A DNA stretch of 64,000 nucleotides from an uncultured bacterium (GCA_947085985.1 CAMTYL010000003.1:234108-298107), one strand, 5' to 3'. Shown: positions 18,352 to 27,966, numbered from the stretch's first letter. Numbers and translations: made by a program. The notes: a model not told the origin generated them from the sequence alone.

Positions 18352-19599
18352 CTATGCGTTCTTGCCAGCCAGGTACCCGGTAGTCCAACAAAGTTGAAGT
18401 GAGTACCCGCCCGATGGACGGGTGATATCAAGCAGGTCGCCTGTCACAAACAAATTCTCCACTTTCTTGGAACGCATGGTGCGCATATCAATCTCGGTAA
18501 GTGCCACCCCGCCGTCAGCAACGACCGCACGACTCATACCCATAAGTCCAGAAATGCTAATCGGCAAACCCTTGAACAAATCAATAAGCACACGGCGCTC
18601 TTCCTTGGTTACCGAATGCACTTTAGTGTCGGGACTAATATCTGGAACGAGACCAAGTAGTGTCTCTACCATTGAAGAAGGAACGAGTTGTGGGAGTGTG
18701 TTCCGTAGCAACTTATTCTTGTTGCTATCAAACAGAGCGACGAGTTCCTTGTCCAAGATACCAATGTCTTTGGTTGGGAACATGTCTATGGTCGCAGTAA
18801 CCACTCCTTCGTACAGAAGGTCAGCAACAGTTCCTGCAGCGTTTAGAATAGTTGGTCCTGAAATACCAAAATGTGTGAGCAGAATGTCGCCACGCTTATT
18901 GAGTTTCCTCTCACCATCCAAATAGAAGGTAATCTTCGCATCAGTAAGCGTCGTGCCCTTCAAGGTGTGCACCCACTTCTCTTTTACCGCTAGGGGCACA
19001 ATCGTTGGTGTTGGCGCGGTGACGGTGTGCCCAAGCTCACTCAGCCAATCAAAGCCGTCTCCGGTAGAGCCCGTCTCTGGGTGCGACACGCCACCAGTCG
19101 CAAAGATGTAAGTATCAGCACTGAACTCAAATCCTTGCGCCACAATCGCCGTGATTCTACTTCCCTCTGTTTTTATGCGCGCGATAGCAGTATTGGTACG
19201 TACTTCTACCCCAAGCTCACGCAAATAATTTTCTAACGCTTCAACCACGAATACTGCGCGCTGTGAGACAGGGAACGCACGCTTGCGAGCTTCCACCACA
19301 ATAGGCACACCAATGCGATTAAAGAAGGCTGTTGCTTCTTGCACCCCAAACTCAGCAAACGCAGAGTAGAGAAAGGGCGCAGCCTCGCCATAATTAGCCA
19401 GAAGTGCATGTACGTCTTCTTCTGCATTCAGTATGTTGCAGCGACCGCCACCAGAAATGGCGAGCTTCTTGCCGAGCTCTGCGTTCTTCTCGATGAGTAG
19501 AACGCGCTTGCCCTGCTCAGCTGAAATACAAGCCGCCATCATGCCCGAGGCTCCACCACCCACAACGATAACGTCGTGCGTGTTTCCTGATTTAGGCAT
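18352..19599 (-). CDS. HI0933/YhiN-family NAD(P)/FAD-dependent oxidoreductase
   Basis: GGGASGMMAA, GKKLAISGGGRCN, ATGGVSHPETGSTGDG, GGYSLQ. Confidence 0.92.
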   Translation of the reverse strand: MPKSGNTHDVIVVGGGASGMMAACISAEQGKRVLLIEKNAELGKKLAISGGGRCNILNAEEDVHALLANYGEAAPFLYSAFAEFGVQEATAFFNRIGVPIVVEARKRAFPVSQRAVFVVEALENYLRELGVEVRTNTAIARIKTEGSRITAIVAQGFEFSADTYIFATGGVSHPETGSTGDGFDWLSELGHTVTAPTPTIVPLAVKEKWVHTLKGTTLTDAKITFYLDGERKLNKRGDILLTHFGISGPTILNAAGTVADLLYEGVVTATIDMFPTKDIGILDKELVALFDSNKNKLLRNTLPQLVPSSMVETLLGLVPDISPDTKVHSVTKEERRVLIDLFKGLPISISGLMGMSRAVVADGGVALTEIDMRTMRSKKVENLFVTGDLLDITRPSGGYSLQLCWTTGYLAGKNA

Positions 19600-20473
19600 G
19601 GGCAGCTGGCTGTGCGGTTACGTGCTCCATACACGAAACTGAACAGAGAGTTCCTTCTTCTTTTTGGCACGACTCACACGCAAGAAAGTGCAGGTGACAG
19701 TCATTGTTTGCGCAGTTCACATACTTCTCCGTAGAATCACCACATAGCTTGCAGCGCCCCACCACTTCGCGATCACCGCCAAAATCCATCGTGAGGCGCT
19801 TGTCAAACGTGTACAGTGTTCCCTGGAAATCCTTGCCGGGGAACTTTTCCATGTATGCATGCATGCCGTTCTCTAGCTGGTACACGTCCTCAAACCCGTG
19901 CTCAAGAAGAAACGCGGACATTTTTTCGCAGCGCACACCACCTGTACACACGGTCACTACCTTCTTAGGCTTTAGCGGCTCAAGTACATGCATAGCTTTT
20001 GGCAAATCACGCGAGTTCTCCATACCAGGATTCACCGAACCCTTAAAGTGGCCCGACTGATATTCGTAGTCGTTTCGCATATCCACCACGACAAAATCCT
20101 CACCCTTTTCGTACCACTCGCGCAGTGTCTCTGCGGCTAGGTGCGGCGCAGTACGCACGCGCGGGTCAATGTTCTTAGGGAAGCGTGTTCCCACAATCTC
20201 GTCGCGCACTTTTACATACAGCTTACTGAAGGATGCTCCCGTTCCCTCACTTCGCTTTATGTTCATATCTACAAAGCGTTGATCTTTCACAAGCTCCACT
20301 GCAAACGCTTCGGTATCAGCGGTGAGCCCCTCAAGGGTTCCGTTGATTCCCTCCTCTGCTACGAGTACGCGCCCCAGAAGATTGTGCTCCTTGGCAAGCG
20401 CCCTGACACTGTCCATGACAGCTTTTGGGTCCTCTATAGTGACGTATTTATAGAAAAGCAGTACTTGATGCAT
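19592..20473 (-). CDS. trhO: tRNA uridine(34) hydroxylase / rhodanese-domain protein (UPF0176)
   Basis: LLFYKY, EEGINGT, DMRNDYE..GHF, CTGGVRCEK motifs; start MHQVL. Confidence 0.88.
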   Translation of the reverse strand: MHQVLLFYKYVTIEDPKAVMDSVRALAKEHNLLGRVLVAEEGINGTLEGLTADTEAFAVELVKDQRFVDMNIKRSEGTGASFSKLYVKVRDEIVGTRFPKNIDPRVRTAPHLAAETLREWYEKGEDFVVVDMRNDYEYQSGHFKGSVNPGMENSRDLPKAMHVLEPLKPKKVVTVCTGGVRCEKMSAFLLEHGFEDVYQLENGMHAYMEKFPGKDFQGTLYTFDKRLTMDFGGDREVVGRCKLCGDSTEKYVNCANNDCHLHFLACESCQKEEGTLCSVSCMEHVTAQPAAHA

Positions 20474-20486
20474 CGGTGGCAGTCTA

Positions 20487-21086
20487 TCAGTTTTGCGCTC
20501 GTTCGTCAGCAGGGCGCTTCTCTTTGCGAAAGCGTGCTGCAAAGAGAATGATGGTCATCGCACCGTTAGCGAGCAGCATCGCGACTGAGTGCAGGACGGT
20601 AGCAACGTTATATGAACTTAGCGAGAGAAGCGAGAGCACATGACGAACCACGTTTGTACCGTATAGTAGAGGCGTCTCGGTCTCTGGGTGTAGGTATGCC
20701 TTGCGCAGCGTAGGAACGAACGCAATCAAATCAATGGTCACAGCAATGACAACAGAAAGCGTTGGGTCCTTAGTGAGGAGCCAAGGAATAAGCCCAAGCA
20801 ACGCGATAATGAGAAATATCGTGTCGGTTCGTGTGACATGCTTAAAACCAAACCGTAGACTGAACAAAAGAATAAGAATTGTGAATGCCTCAGCAACGGC
20901 CGTTGGGAGCGCACCCCAACCCGCACCACTTGCAAGTTGTCCGGCCAACGTAATGCCTGAGACAATACTCCAGACAAACCACGTATAGGCGTGTGGCTCA
21001 ATCTTTCTGCGCAGCAAGTCACGCAAGTAGGGAGCATGACCAACAATTACCAAAAGTGCTGCAAGCACTGCAAAGGTCTCCTTCAT
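20487..21086 (-). CDS. Multi-pass membrane protein
   Basis: 199 aa with about 6-7 TM helices. Confidence 0.8.
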   Translation of the reverse strand: MKETFAVLAALLVIVGHAPYLRDLLRRKIEPHAYTWFVWSIVSGITLAGQLASGAGWGALPTAVAEAFTILILLFSLRFGFKHVTRTDTIFLIIALLGLIPWLLTKDPTLSVVIAVTIDLIAFVPTLRKAYLHPETETPLLYGTNVVRHVLSLLSLSSYNVATVLHSVAMLLANGAMTIILFAARFRKEKRPADERAQN

Positions 21087-21631
21087 ACACTAGTCTGCTC
21101 TCCAAAGGGAAATTCACCAATTCTCTTCCACACGTCGGTCGCACCTGGCGTGTGCCACAACGTAAATGAGGAAACCTCAAACGAGACTGGGGACAAAAAC
21201 TGTAGAGAGGCAATACTCTCTTGCTTGCGCTCAGTGTCGTAGAGCCCGTAAAGCAAACTCACGTGTGGCATGTACACCGAGGCATCTTCTCCGCAAAAAA
21301 CACTTCGTGCCATCTGGTGACACTCTGCAACTTCTTCTGCATTCTGGACCGTCATGTACAACGTTCTAAAGTACGTTTCCTCAGCACCAAATCCATTCAA
21401 GGTAAGTGTAAACGGCGACAACTTGTCAGCGAGCAATTGTGCCTTTTGCGCAAGAAGTTCTTCTTCATCTTCGGGAATGGTGGCCAGAAGTGTGAGGTGC
21501 GGAGCAAAGATTGGACCACCGTACTCACCCGCTAGAGCTTCAACGGTACGCGTGAGCATTTCCCCAACTTCGCCACCCGGTTCAAAAAACAAATGGTAGC
21601 CTTCGGTTTCGTTGTTCCTTGGATCAATCAT
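21083..21631 (-). CDS. 2H phosphoesterase (cyclic phosphodiesterase / 2'-5' RNA ligase family)
   Basis: Two HxT/S motifs: FAPHLTL and YMPHVSL. Confidence 0.88.
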   Translation of the reverse strand: MIDPRNNETEGYHLFFEPGGEVGEMLTRTVEALAGEYGGPIFAPHLTLLATIPEDEEELLAQKAQLLADKLSPFTLTLNGFGAEETYFRTLYMTVQNAEEVAECHQMARSVFCGEDASVYMPHVSLLYGLYDTERKQESIASLQFLSPVSFEVSSFTLWHTPGATDVWKRIGEFPFGEQTSV

Positions 21632-21744
21632 TCCTCCATTGTAATACGAGCCTATGTTCCTCGTGCAGGAGTATGCTTAGGAGAGGTTGACCGTTTACAA
21701 CTTTCAATGTATAAACACTTCAGGTTCCTTCTGGGAGAAACATC

Positions 21745-22119
21745 GTGACCACATTCGATTCGTTTCGCTTTTCGCGTCTGATGAGCGACAGACACAGCCT
21801 CTTTGCCGAGTTTCAGGCAAAGATGCATAAGCAGCAGGAGGCTGAGGAGAAGTTCGCCAAAGACCTTCTTGCAGCGGTCCCGAAGCGCTTGAGGCGCTTC
21901 GTCCGTGAACAGGGAGTGATTGAGGTGCTCTTGAAGTACGGTTCCTATTCGGACCGTTACGGCTACAACCTTCCTGGCCTCGGCACCTACGAGTCTGTGC
22001 TGACGGCCATCAAAGAACTGCGCACCGCATGGAAGAAGAACGTCGTCATCACCATCGACGCCCCAGGCGAAATCGGAAGAGTGTCGATTCGTTACTTCGT
22101 CGCTCCGCACATCTACTGA
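21745..22119 (+). CDS. Hypothetical protein
   Basis: 124-aa ORF, GTG start preceded by GGGAG; followed by a hairpin and T-tract. Confidence 0.65.
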   Translation: MTTFDSFRFSRLMSDRHSLFAEFQAKMHKQQEAEEKFAKDLLAAVPKRLRRFVREQGVIEVLLKYGSYSDRYGYNLPGLGTYESVLTAIKELRTAWKKNVVITIDAPGEIGRVSIRYFVAPHIY

Positions 22120-22213
22120 CCGCCTGAAGAAGCCCGGAGGAGTAATTCCCCGCCGCTCCTCCGGGCGGCTTTCTTTATTCAATTACAAAGTGAGGCAATA
22201 CTCTTTATCACGC

Positions 22214-22687
22214 TTAGGAAAAGGGATCCCATCCAGGCCTAGTGTTCGGCGCTCGCTCGCGCAGGCGAATACTAATGAGCACGATGCTTGCACACCACAG
22301 AAGCACGGCAGCCACGAAGAGTCCACCCCCGTCTTGATTCGGGTCTATGCCAAGCGGTGTGAACAGGTGGAAGAATAGGGCACCCGACATAATGACAAAC
22401 GCGATGCCGCTACCGATAAGCGAAAGCACGCGGAAGCGCGGCAATAGTCCAAGGAGGATGAGAACCACCGCGATGAGTTCCACCGTGCCGATGACGTATG
22501 GACTGAATATGCCCGCGTGAGCAAAAATCCCAGAGAACCCAAGCGTACCGGCCCACGAATCAAGGATGCCAAAAATATTTTCAGTGTTCGGGTGATTTGT
22601 GAATTTATACCGAAGCGAGTCCAGGAATATAGCTGCGATATAGAGAGAAAGCACTATGGGAAAAACTGATGTGAATGATTTCTTCAT
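22214..22687 (-). CDS. DoxX-like membrane protein
   Basis: SLRYKFT..P....IF, GTVELIA, GALFFHLFTPLGI...DGGGLF. Confidence 0.8.
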   Translation of the reverse strand: MKKSFTSVFPIVLSLYIAAIFLDSLRYKFTNHPNTENIFGILDSWAGTLGFSGIFAHAGIFSPYVIGTVELIAVVLILLGLLPRFRVLSLIGSGIAFVIMSGALFFHLFTPLGIDPNQDGGGLFVAAVLLWCASIVLISIRLRERAPNTRPGWDPFS

Positions 22688-22720
22688 ACAGACATAGTAT
22701 AGCGCTTCACAGTACTAACA

Positions 22721-22750
22721 TTGACAAAAGTACATTTATATGTATATAAT
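22721..22750 (+). promoter_or_regulatory. Consensus sigma-70 promoter
   Basis: TTGACA (22721-26), 18 bp, TATAAT (22745-50). Confidence 0.75.
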
Positions 22751-22776
22751 ACTTATAGGAATATCATTGCGCAGAC

Positions 22777-23133
22777 ATGGAGATTGCCATGCGCCTCGTT
22801 GCCCTTTCTATCGCCCTTGGCCTGCTACCCAGCGGACAGGTCGTCGCTGCCGAACCGAACTTCCTCCAGTTCTCGGAGGAACCGGTGGGACAGCCCTTCA
22901 CGCCGCCGCACTTGTCCGTCCGCTACAAAAACCGGACGCCCACCTACGCGGAGGCAGTGGCGCTGACGAAGTCCAAGCAGGAGTGCACAGCCGAAGTGGC
23001 GTCCCTCACGTCGTTTCGGAAGGACCGCTATGTCGCCTGCTTGAACTTCAAGCTGAAGCCGCTCGGAGTCGAAGTCACGCTCGCCGGCTCGGCGGCCGAG
23101 TTCGACGCCAAGTACGGTAAGAAGTTGAAGTAA
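22777..23133 (+). CDS. Hypothetical secreted protein
   Basis: Signal-peptide-like N-terminus, two Cys; true start may be ATG 22789. Confidence 0.65.
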   Translation: MEIAMRLVALSIALGLLPSGQVVAAEPNFLQFSEEPVGQPFTPPHLSVRYKNRTPTYAEAVALTKSKQECTAEVASLTSFRKDRYVACLNFKLKPLGVEVTLAGSAAEFDAKYGKKLK

Positions 23134-23233
23134 CTATATCGCCTAACGGAGTCGCCCGACCCGTTGGGCGATTTCTGTACCCCACCCCTGTTGTGTGATA
23201 GGTTGTCCTCGGACCAACAAGGGAGGCGCAATC

Positions 23234-23533
23234 GTGCCTAAGAAAGAATTAGGCACCGTTGTGCCAAGCTCTGAGATGCCTGCATACGAAGCGCGCATCA
23301 TGACCACGACCGAGGGCCGCCAAAGTCTGCCCGACGTGCTTCAAAAAATGTACGGCGATAAAGGCATCGTGGCCTTTGACCGCTACGGACGAGTGATTGG
23401 GGTTGCGGTTCCGCTTGAAGCGATTCGCATGCTCGCCGGCGTCTATGTGGATGAAGCGGTCCGAATCCGCATTCGAAACACAGCCCACAACCTTCTCGAT
23501 CACCTTGACCAGCAACAAGAGGATGCCAAGTAG
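23234..23533 (+). CDS. Hypothetical protein
   Basis: GGGAGG SD before in-frame GTG (VPKKELG); abuts the next ORF. Confidence 0.6.
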   Translation: MPKKELGTVVPSSEMPAYEARIMTTTEGRQSLPDVLQKMYGDKGIVAFDRYGRVIGVAVPLEAIRMLAGVYVDEAVRIRIRNTAHNLLDHLDQQQEDAK

Positions 23534-23758
23534 ATGCAAACAGTAATACTGCCGCAGGCAGTTCCCACCTACGAGAAGTTCCCTGGGTGCGGGCTTATGA
23601 CCACGAACATTCGGCTTCCCGCTGGTACTGAGGTGGTCCTGGACCCACCCGTGATGGTGCAGGTCAACGGGCGCGAGGTCAAAGCCTACCCGCTCTACAA
23701 CGAACCCGAGACTTTCGTACTCTTCAGGGAGCTCGGTCTGCCCGACCTCGTCGACTAG
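23534..23758 (+). CDS. Hypothetical protein
   Basis: 74 aa, begins immediately after the upstream TAG; followed by a hairpin and T-tract. Confidence 0.6.
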   Translation: MQTVILPQAVPTYEKFPGCGLMTTNIRLPAGTEVVLDPPVMVQVNGREVKAYPLYNEPETFVLFRELGLPDLVD

Positions 23759-23811
23759 CCAGCCCACCGGCTGCGGATTGCCCGCTCCGGTGGGTTTTCT
23801 GTATCAACGCG

Positions 23812-24600
23812 CTAGTAAACCGATACGGAATTCACAATTCGCCTTGATGCAGCCCTATGTGCAATTCTTTCTTTAGAAGTAGGAACGGTGGCATACAATA
23901 GCGCAGCTAAGTCCTCTGAAGTCCTAGCGACTACTGCATCCACTGCAGGCATACCGCATAGCGTCTCTAGCAGTGCGCACTTCTCTTCTTCCGAATTTCC
24001 TACTGCGGCACCAAGGATTACGCACCCTGCCACGGACCCCTGAAGGCTGTCAGCGTCCTGTTGTCGAACGACAACGTACTCGGTAAGTCCAAGCGCGCTA
24101 ATCACCGCACGCGAGCGCACACAAGCTGTCTCGTCTCTGTCTATGCAGATGATGCGGGTGCCATATAGGTGCGCAGTAAGAATAGCGGAGAGCGGAAGCG
24201 GGCCAGAGCCTACAAAGTACATGGGCTCAGTCACTGAGGTATGTTCCTGATAGAAATCAAACTCCTCATGCACCAACGCAACGTAGTTTTTATAGTACGG
24301 GAACTCGCGCAAACAGGTCCACGCATCCTCTGCGTCGACAATCCTCTGCGACCAATACTCTTCCATACGAAACTCTCCTTCTGCTGCGACACTGCGCACG
24401 CGTGCCACATCTGCTTCAGAGAACACCGAGAGGTGACCGTTTCCACGATGAGCAAGGATAAGACCAACTAACTCCGAAAAGAGTGCGTCAACCTCGGGCG
24501 AGGGAGCAAGTGATGGAAGAGCTTGCAACGCGTCAACAACAGAAAGAACCTGCGCTTTTATCTGCGCAGGTGAAACGGGAGTACTAGTAGCAGTTGTCAT
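23812..24600 (-). CDS. Nicotianamine synthase-like protein
   Basis: L.PSPEVDALFSELV, AEGEFRMEEYW, FPYYKNY..L...E, FVGSGPLPLSAI match NAS-family motifs. Confidence 0.85.
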   Translation of the reverse strand: MTTATSTPVSPAQIKAQVLSVVDALQALPSLAPSPEVDALFSELVGLILAHRGNGHLSVFSEADVARVRSVAAEGEFRMEEYWSQRIVDAEDAWTCLREFPYYKNYVALVHEEFDFYQEHTSVTEPMYFVGSGPLPLSAILTAHLYGTRIICIDRDETACVRSRAVISALGLTEYVVVRQQDADSLQGSVAGCVILGAAVGNSEEEKCALLETLCGMPAVDAVVARTSEDLAALLYATVPTSKERIAHRAASRRIVNSVSVY

Positions 24601-24666
24601 GAGTAGTATGAGTGCCACAGACCCAAAGGGTCTGTGGCAAAAAGTTGAGCAAGCGTGCGCTTCGTC

Positions 24667-26256
24667 CTAGATGGATTCGCGCGTCGTCTGCCAGACCTGG
24701 ACGTCACCACCGAGCTGTTGTGCGTGGTTAAGCGCACGCAGCAGGAGGTGACGGTCCTTGTTGAGCGTCGAGAAAGAAAGCGCACGGCAGAGTTCGAGTT
24801 GTTGCCAGTAGGCCCGCTCAGGGTCGCTGTTGAGCGATCCCAGCGAGAGCACGCCTTCGGCCGCCATGTCGGCGAGCCTGAGCGACTCGGCTTCTTCTCG
24901 AAACTGACCGAGCTCTGCAGGAAACGCATGCAGCCACCAGGTGATGGAGACGGCAAGCTCACGCTTGTTCGTCGCCACCTCAGAAGCGGCAATGTGCTCT
25001 TCTTGTTCCCGCAGGACCGTTGCGGCTGCGAGCCAGTACTGCATGCAGCGATACAAGGCCCTAGGGAACCACTCGTCGCGCACCGACCCTCGCCGTGCGA
25101 CTTCTTTCAGGATCTGCAGCGGTTCCGGATGTGTAATGAGCCGAAGCGCACCATCAGCCGACACAATCTGCGGCGACGCAGGAATCTCTTCCATGAGTCG
25201 CTGAACTTCCCGAATGGTCTCCTCGCGGGTTCCGGACTCCCTACGCATCAGCTGATAGCTTTCCGCGAGTTCGCCGGGCCCGTCGTACGAGACGATGAGC
25301 TGCGCGAGGCTTGGCAGGTCGAGCGCAAGCGATACGGGCCGCGTGGCGTAGAACGTCACGAAGCCGCGTTCGTCTGGCAGTGTCTGCGTCCAGGTCTCAT
25401 GGACCCGGTTGAACAGTCGACCGTCGCAGGCGCCCTTCACACGAGGAACGAATTCCTGCGTGCCATGGAACACCTGTTGCACGCCGGCGAATGTAGCATC
25501 CGCGGCAAGCAGGTATGAGTAGAGCGCCATGCCGTGTTCATCGTGATGATGATCGTGGTGGCCTTCGTGATTGTGTGGATGCGCGTGATGGTCGTGATGA
25601 CCATGACTACATGCACTGTGGTGGCACGCGGACTTCATGACGACGCCCTCGCCAAGCAACGCGCGAGGAACCGCATCACCTTCGGGAAGAAGGAAGATGC
25701 GCTTACCCGAGGCGTGTTGCTCGATGTAGTCGATGACGCCGTCGAGACGTTCGTCAGCGACGCTCATGACGTCAGGCGGATACTTGGTGAGCGCGATGCC
25801 CACCGTAGCCGCCTTTATCTGGCTTTCCATGATGGCGCCATAGCGCACGCGATTCTGCTCCAGATGGAGCACATCCACGACGCAGACCACCTGGAATGGG
25901 TATCCCGCGGACGAGAGAAAGTTTTTCGTTTCGTCGCCCGACACAATGCCGAACCCCTCCACGAAGATCCATTCCATCCCGTCTGCCGCAAGCGCATCAA
26001 GCGTTCGCCGCAGATCAGCTTCGTCCGAGCAGGTGAAACAGCCGTTCACCATGGGCATGACGGAAGCGTAGGCCGAAGCCACACTTCCGTCCACATTCCC
26101 AATGCCACCCTCGTCGTTGACGATATAGGCGCATCGCTCGCGACTCACTTCTCCAGACTCGGTAAGCGAGCGAAGTGTGGCCACCGTCAGACTGGTCTTA
26201 CCAGCTCCAAACGGCCCCACAGCCGCAAAGATATGCGGCACTGCCGTAGCTTTCAT
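24667..26256 (-). CDS. COG0523/CobW-like G3E GTPase metallochaperone with His-rich tract and C-terminal extension
   Basis: GPFGAGKT, VNDEG, NGCFTCS, His-rich HHSACSHGHHDHHAHPHNHEGHHDHHHDEH; start MKATA after AGGAGG. Confidence 0.85.
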   Translation of the reverse strand: MKATAVPHIFAAVGPFGAGKTSLTVATLRSLTESGEVSRERCAYIVNDEGGIGNVDGSVASAYASVMPMVNGCFTCSDEADLRRTLDALAADGMEWIFVEGFGIVSGDETKNFLSSAGYPFQVVCVVDVLHLEQNRVRYGAIMESQIKAATVGIALTKYPPDVMSVADERLDGVIDYIEQHASGKRIFLLPEGDAVPRALLGEGVVMKSACHHSACSHGHHDHHAHPHNHEGHHDHHHDEHGMALYSYLLAADATFAGVQQVFHGTQEFVPRVKGACDGRLFNRVHETWTQTLPDERGFVTFYATRPVSLALDLPSLAQLIVSYDGPGELAESYQLMRRESGTREETIREVQRLMEEIPASPQIVSADGALRLITHPEPLQILKEVARRGSVRDEWFPRALYRCMQYWLAAATVLREQEEHIAASEVATNKRELAVSITWWLHAFPAELGQFREEAESLRLADMAAEGVLSLGSLNSDPERAYWQQLELCRALSFSTLNKDRHLLLRALNHAQQLGGDVQVWQTTRESI

Positions 26257-26323
26257 TATCTTCCCCTCCTTGGGGTTCACTGTTGAAGGACATAGAGCGC
26301 CAAGGTGGCGCTCCCCATAACGA

Positions 26324-26367
26324 CTGTATCGTGTTTAGGTTCTAGTTGCAAACCATTCGCAACTAGA
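26324..26367 (-). promoter_or_regulatory. Promoter with overlapping Fur/Zur-like palindromic operator
   Basis: Minus strand TTGCAA-17bp-TACAGT; inverted repeat TCTAGTTGC-N9-GCAACTAGA (26341-26367) covers the -35. Confidence 0.7.
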
Positions 26368-26408
26368 TGCTGTTGGCATGGTGTATACTAGCACGGTTAA
26401 TAGGAGCG

Positions 26409-26648
26409 TTAGCGATGCGGACACCCAGCAAAACAGCATGGACGGCGCATGCCTCCACTTAGTTTTGAGATAGTCTTCTCAATACGAATTCCGCGCGTCT
26501 CTGCCCTTTTTCCTGAAATTACCCAACAGACCCATTCACTGCGCGCAAGCGGAGTAATATCCTCCCAGACCGCAAGAGCTTTTGGTGCCATTGCAATTGC
26601 AGCCTTCAAATCAGCAGGCAATGTGTGAGCAGGACCCTTCCGTTTCAT
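26409..26648 (-). CDS. YdeI/OmpD-associated family protein
   Basis: LPADL..A....W..ITPLAR.EW.CWV.S.KR.ETR..RI...RRPCC.AGC.HR. Confidence 0.85.
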   Translation of the reverse strand: MKRKGPAHTLPADLKAAIAMAPKALAVWEDITPLARSEWVCWVISGKRAETRGIRIEKTISKLSGGMRRPCCFAGCPHR

Positions 26649-26768
26649 AACAGTATTGTACAGCGCCCAGATCAAGAAGCGTGCTGTGCTGGCAGTCTGG
26701 GAGATGTTGGAACCTTTTGACCAAATCTTCCGAAGCCCTTAGTATGCGACCAGACGGAGGAGCGCATA

Positions 26769-27119
26769 ATGCTTGATTCAGAAATCGCCAACTCCATTGT
26801 GGAGTCGAGCCTAAAATTGCTCGGTGCTCCATACCGAGAAGACTACAGATGTATTGAGTTCGCCCGAGAGGTGTACAGCACCGTCGGACTTTCTCTGCCT
26901 CCGCCTTCGATGAATCTAACGGTGGCGGATATGAAAGACCCGCCCATAGGTTATGTCCTGTACCTGAGGCACAAGGCTCATCGCGGAACGAGTCTATTCA
27001 CTCACGTAGTGATTACGCTTTCAGAACGTAGATGTATACACGCGTCCTATTACTTCGGGATGGCAGTTGTCATAACTGATCTTGATGTACTGCTTGAACT
27101 GTACGACGTAGCCACCTAA
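26769..27119 (+). CDS. NlpC/P60-like peptidase
   Basis: LGAPY...CIEFAREVY (Cys), THVVI (His), IHAS. Confidence 0.7.
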   Translation: MLDSEIANSIVESSLKLLGAPYREDYRCIEFAREVYSTVGLSLPPPSMNLTVADMKDPPIGYVLYLRHKAHRGTSLFTHVVITLSERRCIHASYYFGMAVVITDLDVLLELYDVAT

Positions 27120-27776
27120 ACGACCCACTTCAGCGAAGTGGGTCGAGCTGTTTTTGCTGGCCGTCTCGCAAGGTAGATCAATACCTGCGAGTACGAGAAT
27201 TGAAAGTGCTGAGAACAACAGCACACACAGATTCCCTATTATGAAGAAAAAGAAAGCGCTCTTTCGCAGTAACGAACCTACGATTCCATATCGAGCAGCT
27301 CTTCCTTTAGAAAGCTCTGCTAGCCCAGCAAACTCCGTTGCGGATATCCTGAGCTCCTCGATTTTTTCTGGCTCGTCTTCGGGCGCGATTCCGTTAAAAG
27401 TTAATCTCCCTTCCTCCGCCATTGCGACCATCTCTTTCCTCTCTTCAGCATGAAGACGCACCCATTCTGCGTGTAACATCCGTGACGTATGCTCAGCAGT
27501 AAAGACTCTGATGTAAATACCGACAAGGAGAGTTACGAAAAGGAGTCCCCAGCCCAGGAACACAATCTCATATAGTGGAACCGAAAAGGCTTCCTCTGTA
27601 AGAACATCTACTTCAACCGAGATTAAGTAACCTATGAAGGTTATGCTCAGCGAGATAACGCCACCGCTGTAGAGCGCCAGCTTCTCGTAGAAGCTTGATA
27701 GTGCTTTTGTGTGCTCATCGTTGGCATCACTATATGCAATGGCGGCCTCCTGAATAGAGTTCGGTTGTATAGGCAT
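27021..27776 (-). CDS. Hypothetical membrane protein
   Basis: 251 aa with 3 TM helices; 3' end overlaps the convergent NlpC/P60 ORF. Confidence 0.65.
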   Translation of the reverse strand: MPIQPNSIQEAAIAYSDANDEHTKALSSFYEKLALYSGGVISLSITFIGYLISVEVDVLTEEAFSVPLYEIVFLGWGLLFVTLLVGIYIRVFTAEHTSRMLHAEWVRLHAEERKEMVAMAEEGRLTFNGIAPEDEPEKIEELRISATEFAGLAELSKGRAARYGIVGSLLRKSAFFFFIIGNLCVLLFSALSILVLAGIDLPCETASKNSSTHFAEVGRLGGYVVQFKQYIKISYDNCHPEVIGRVYTSTF

Positions 27777-27881
27777 GACTTACACATCATAGCGGAACTA
27801 CAATGTTTTGCCTTACTTATTTACTAGCCCATGTACGCTAGAACGAGAATAACCTACAACACGTGTCGTGCTAGCTGTCAA

Positions 27882-27937
27882 TGGCTGGGGGAAAGGGATT
27901 CGAACCCCTATAGACGGCACCAAAAACCGTGTCCTAC
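27882..27937 (-). pseudogene. 3' fragment of a second tRNA-Gln(TTG): D-arm 3' side to encoded CCA
   Basis: Minus strand GTAGGAC ACGGT TTTTGGT GCCGT CTAT AGGGG TTCGAAT CCCTT TCCCCCA GCCA; no contiguous 5' part. Confidence 0.75.
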
Positions 27938-27966
27938 AGGCGAGTGAGCGAGTGAAATGTGCTGTG

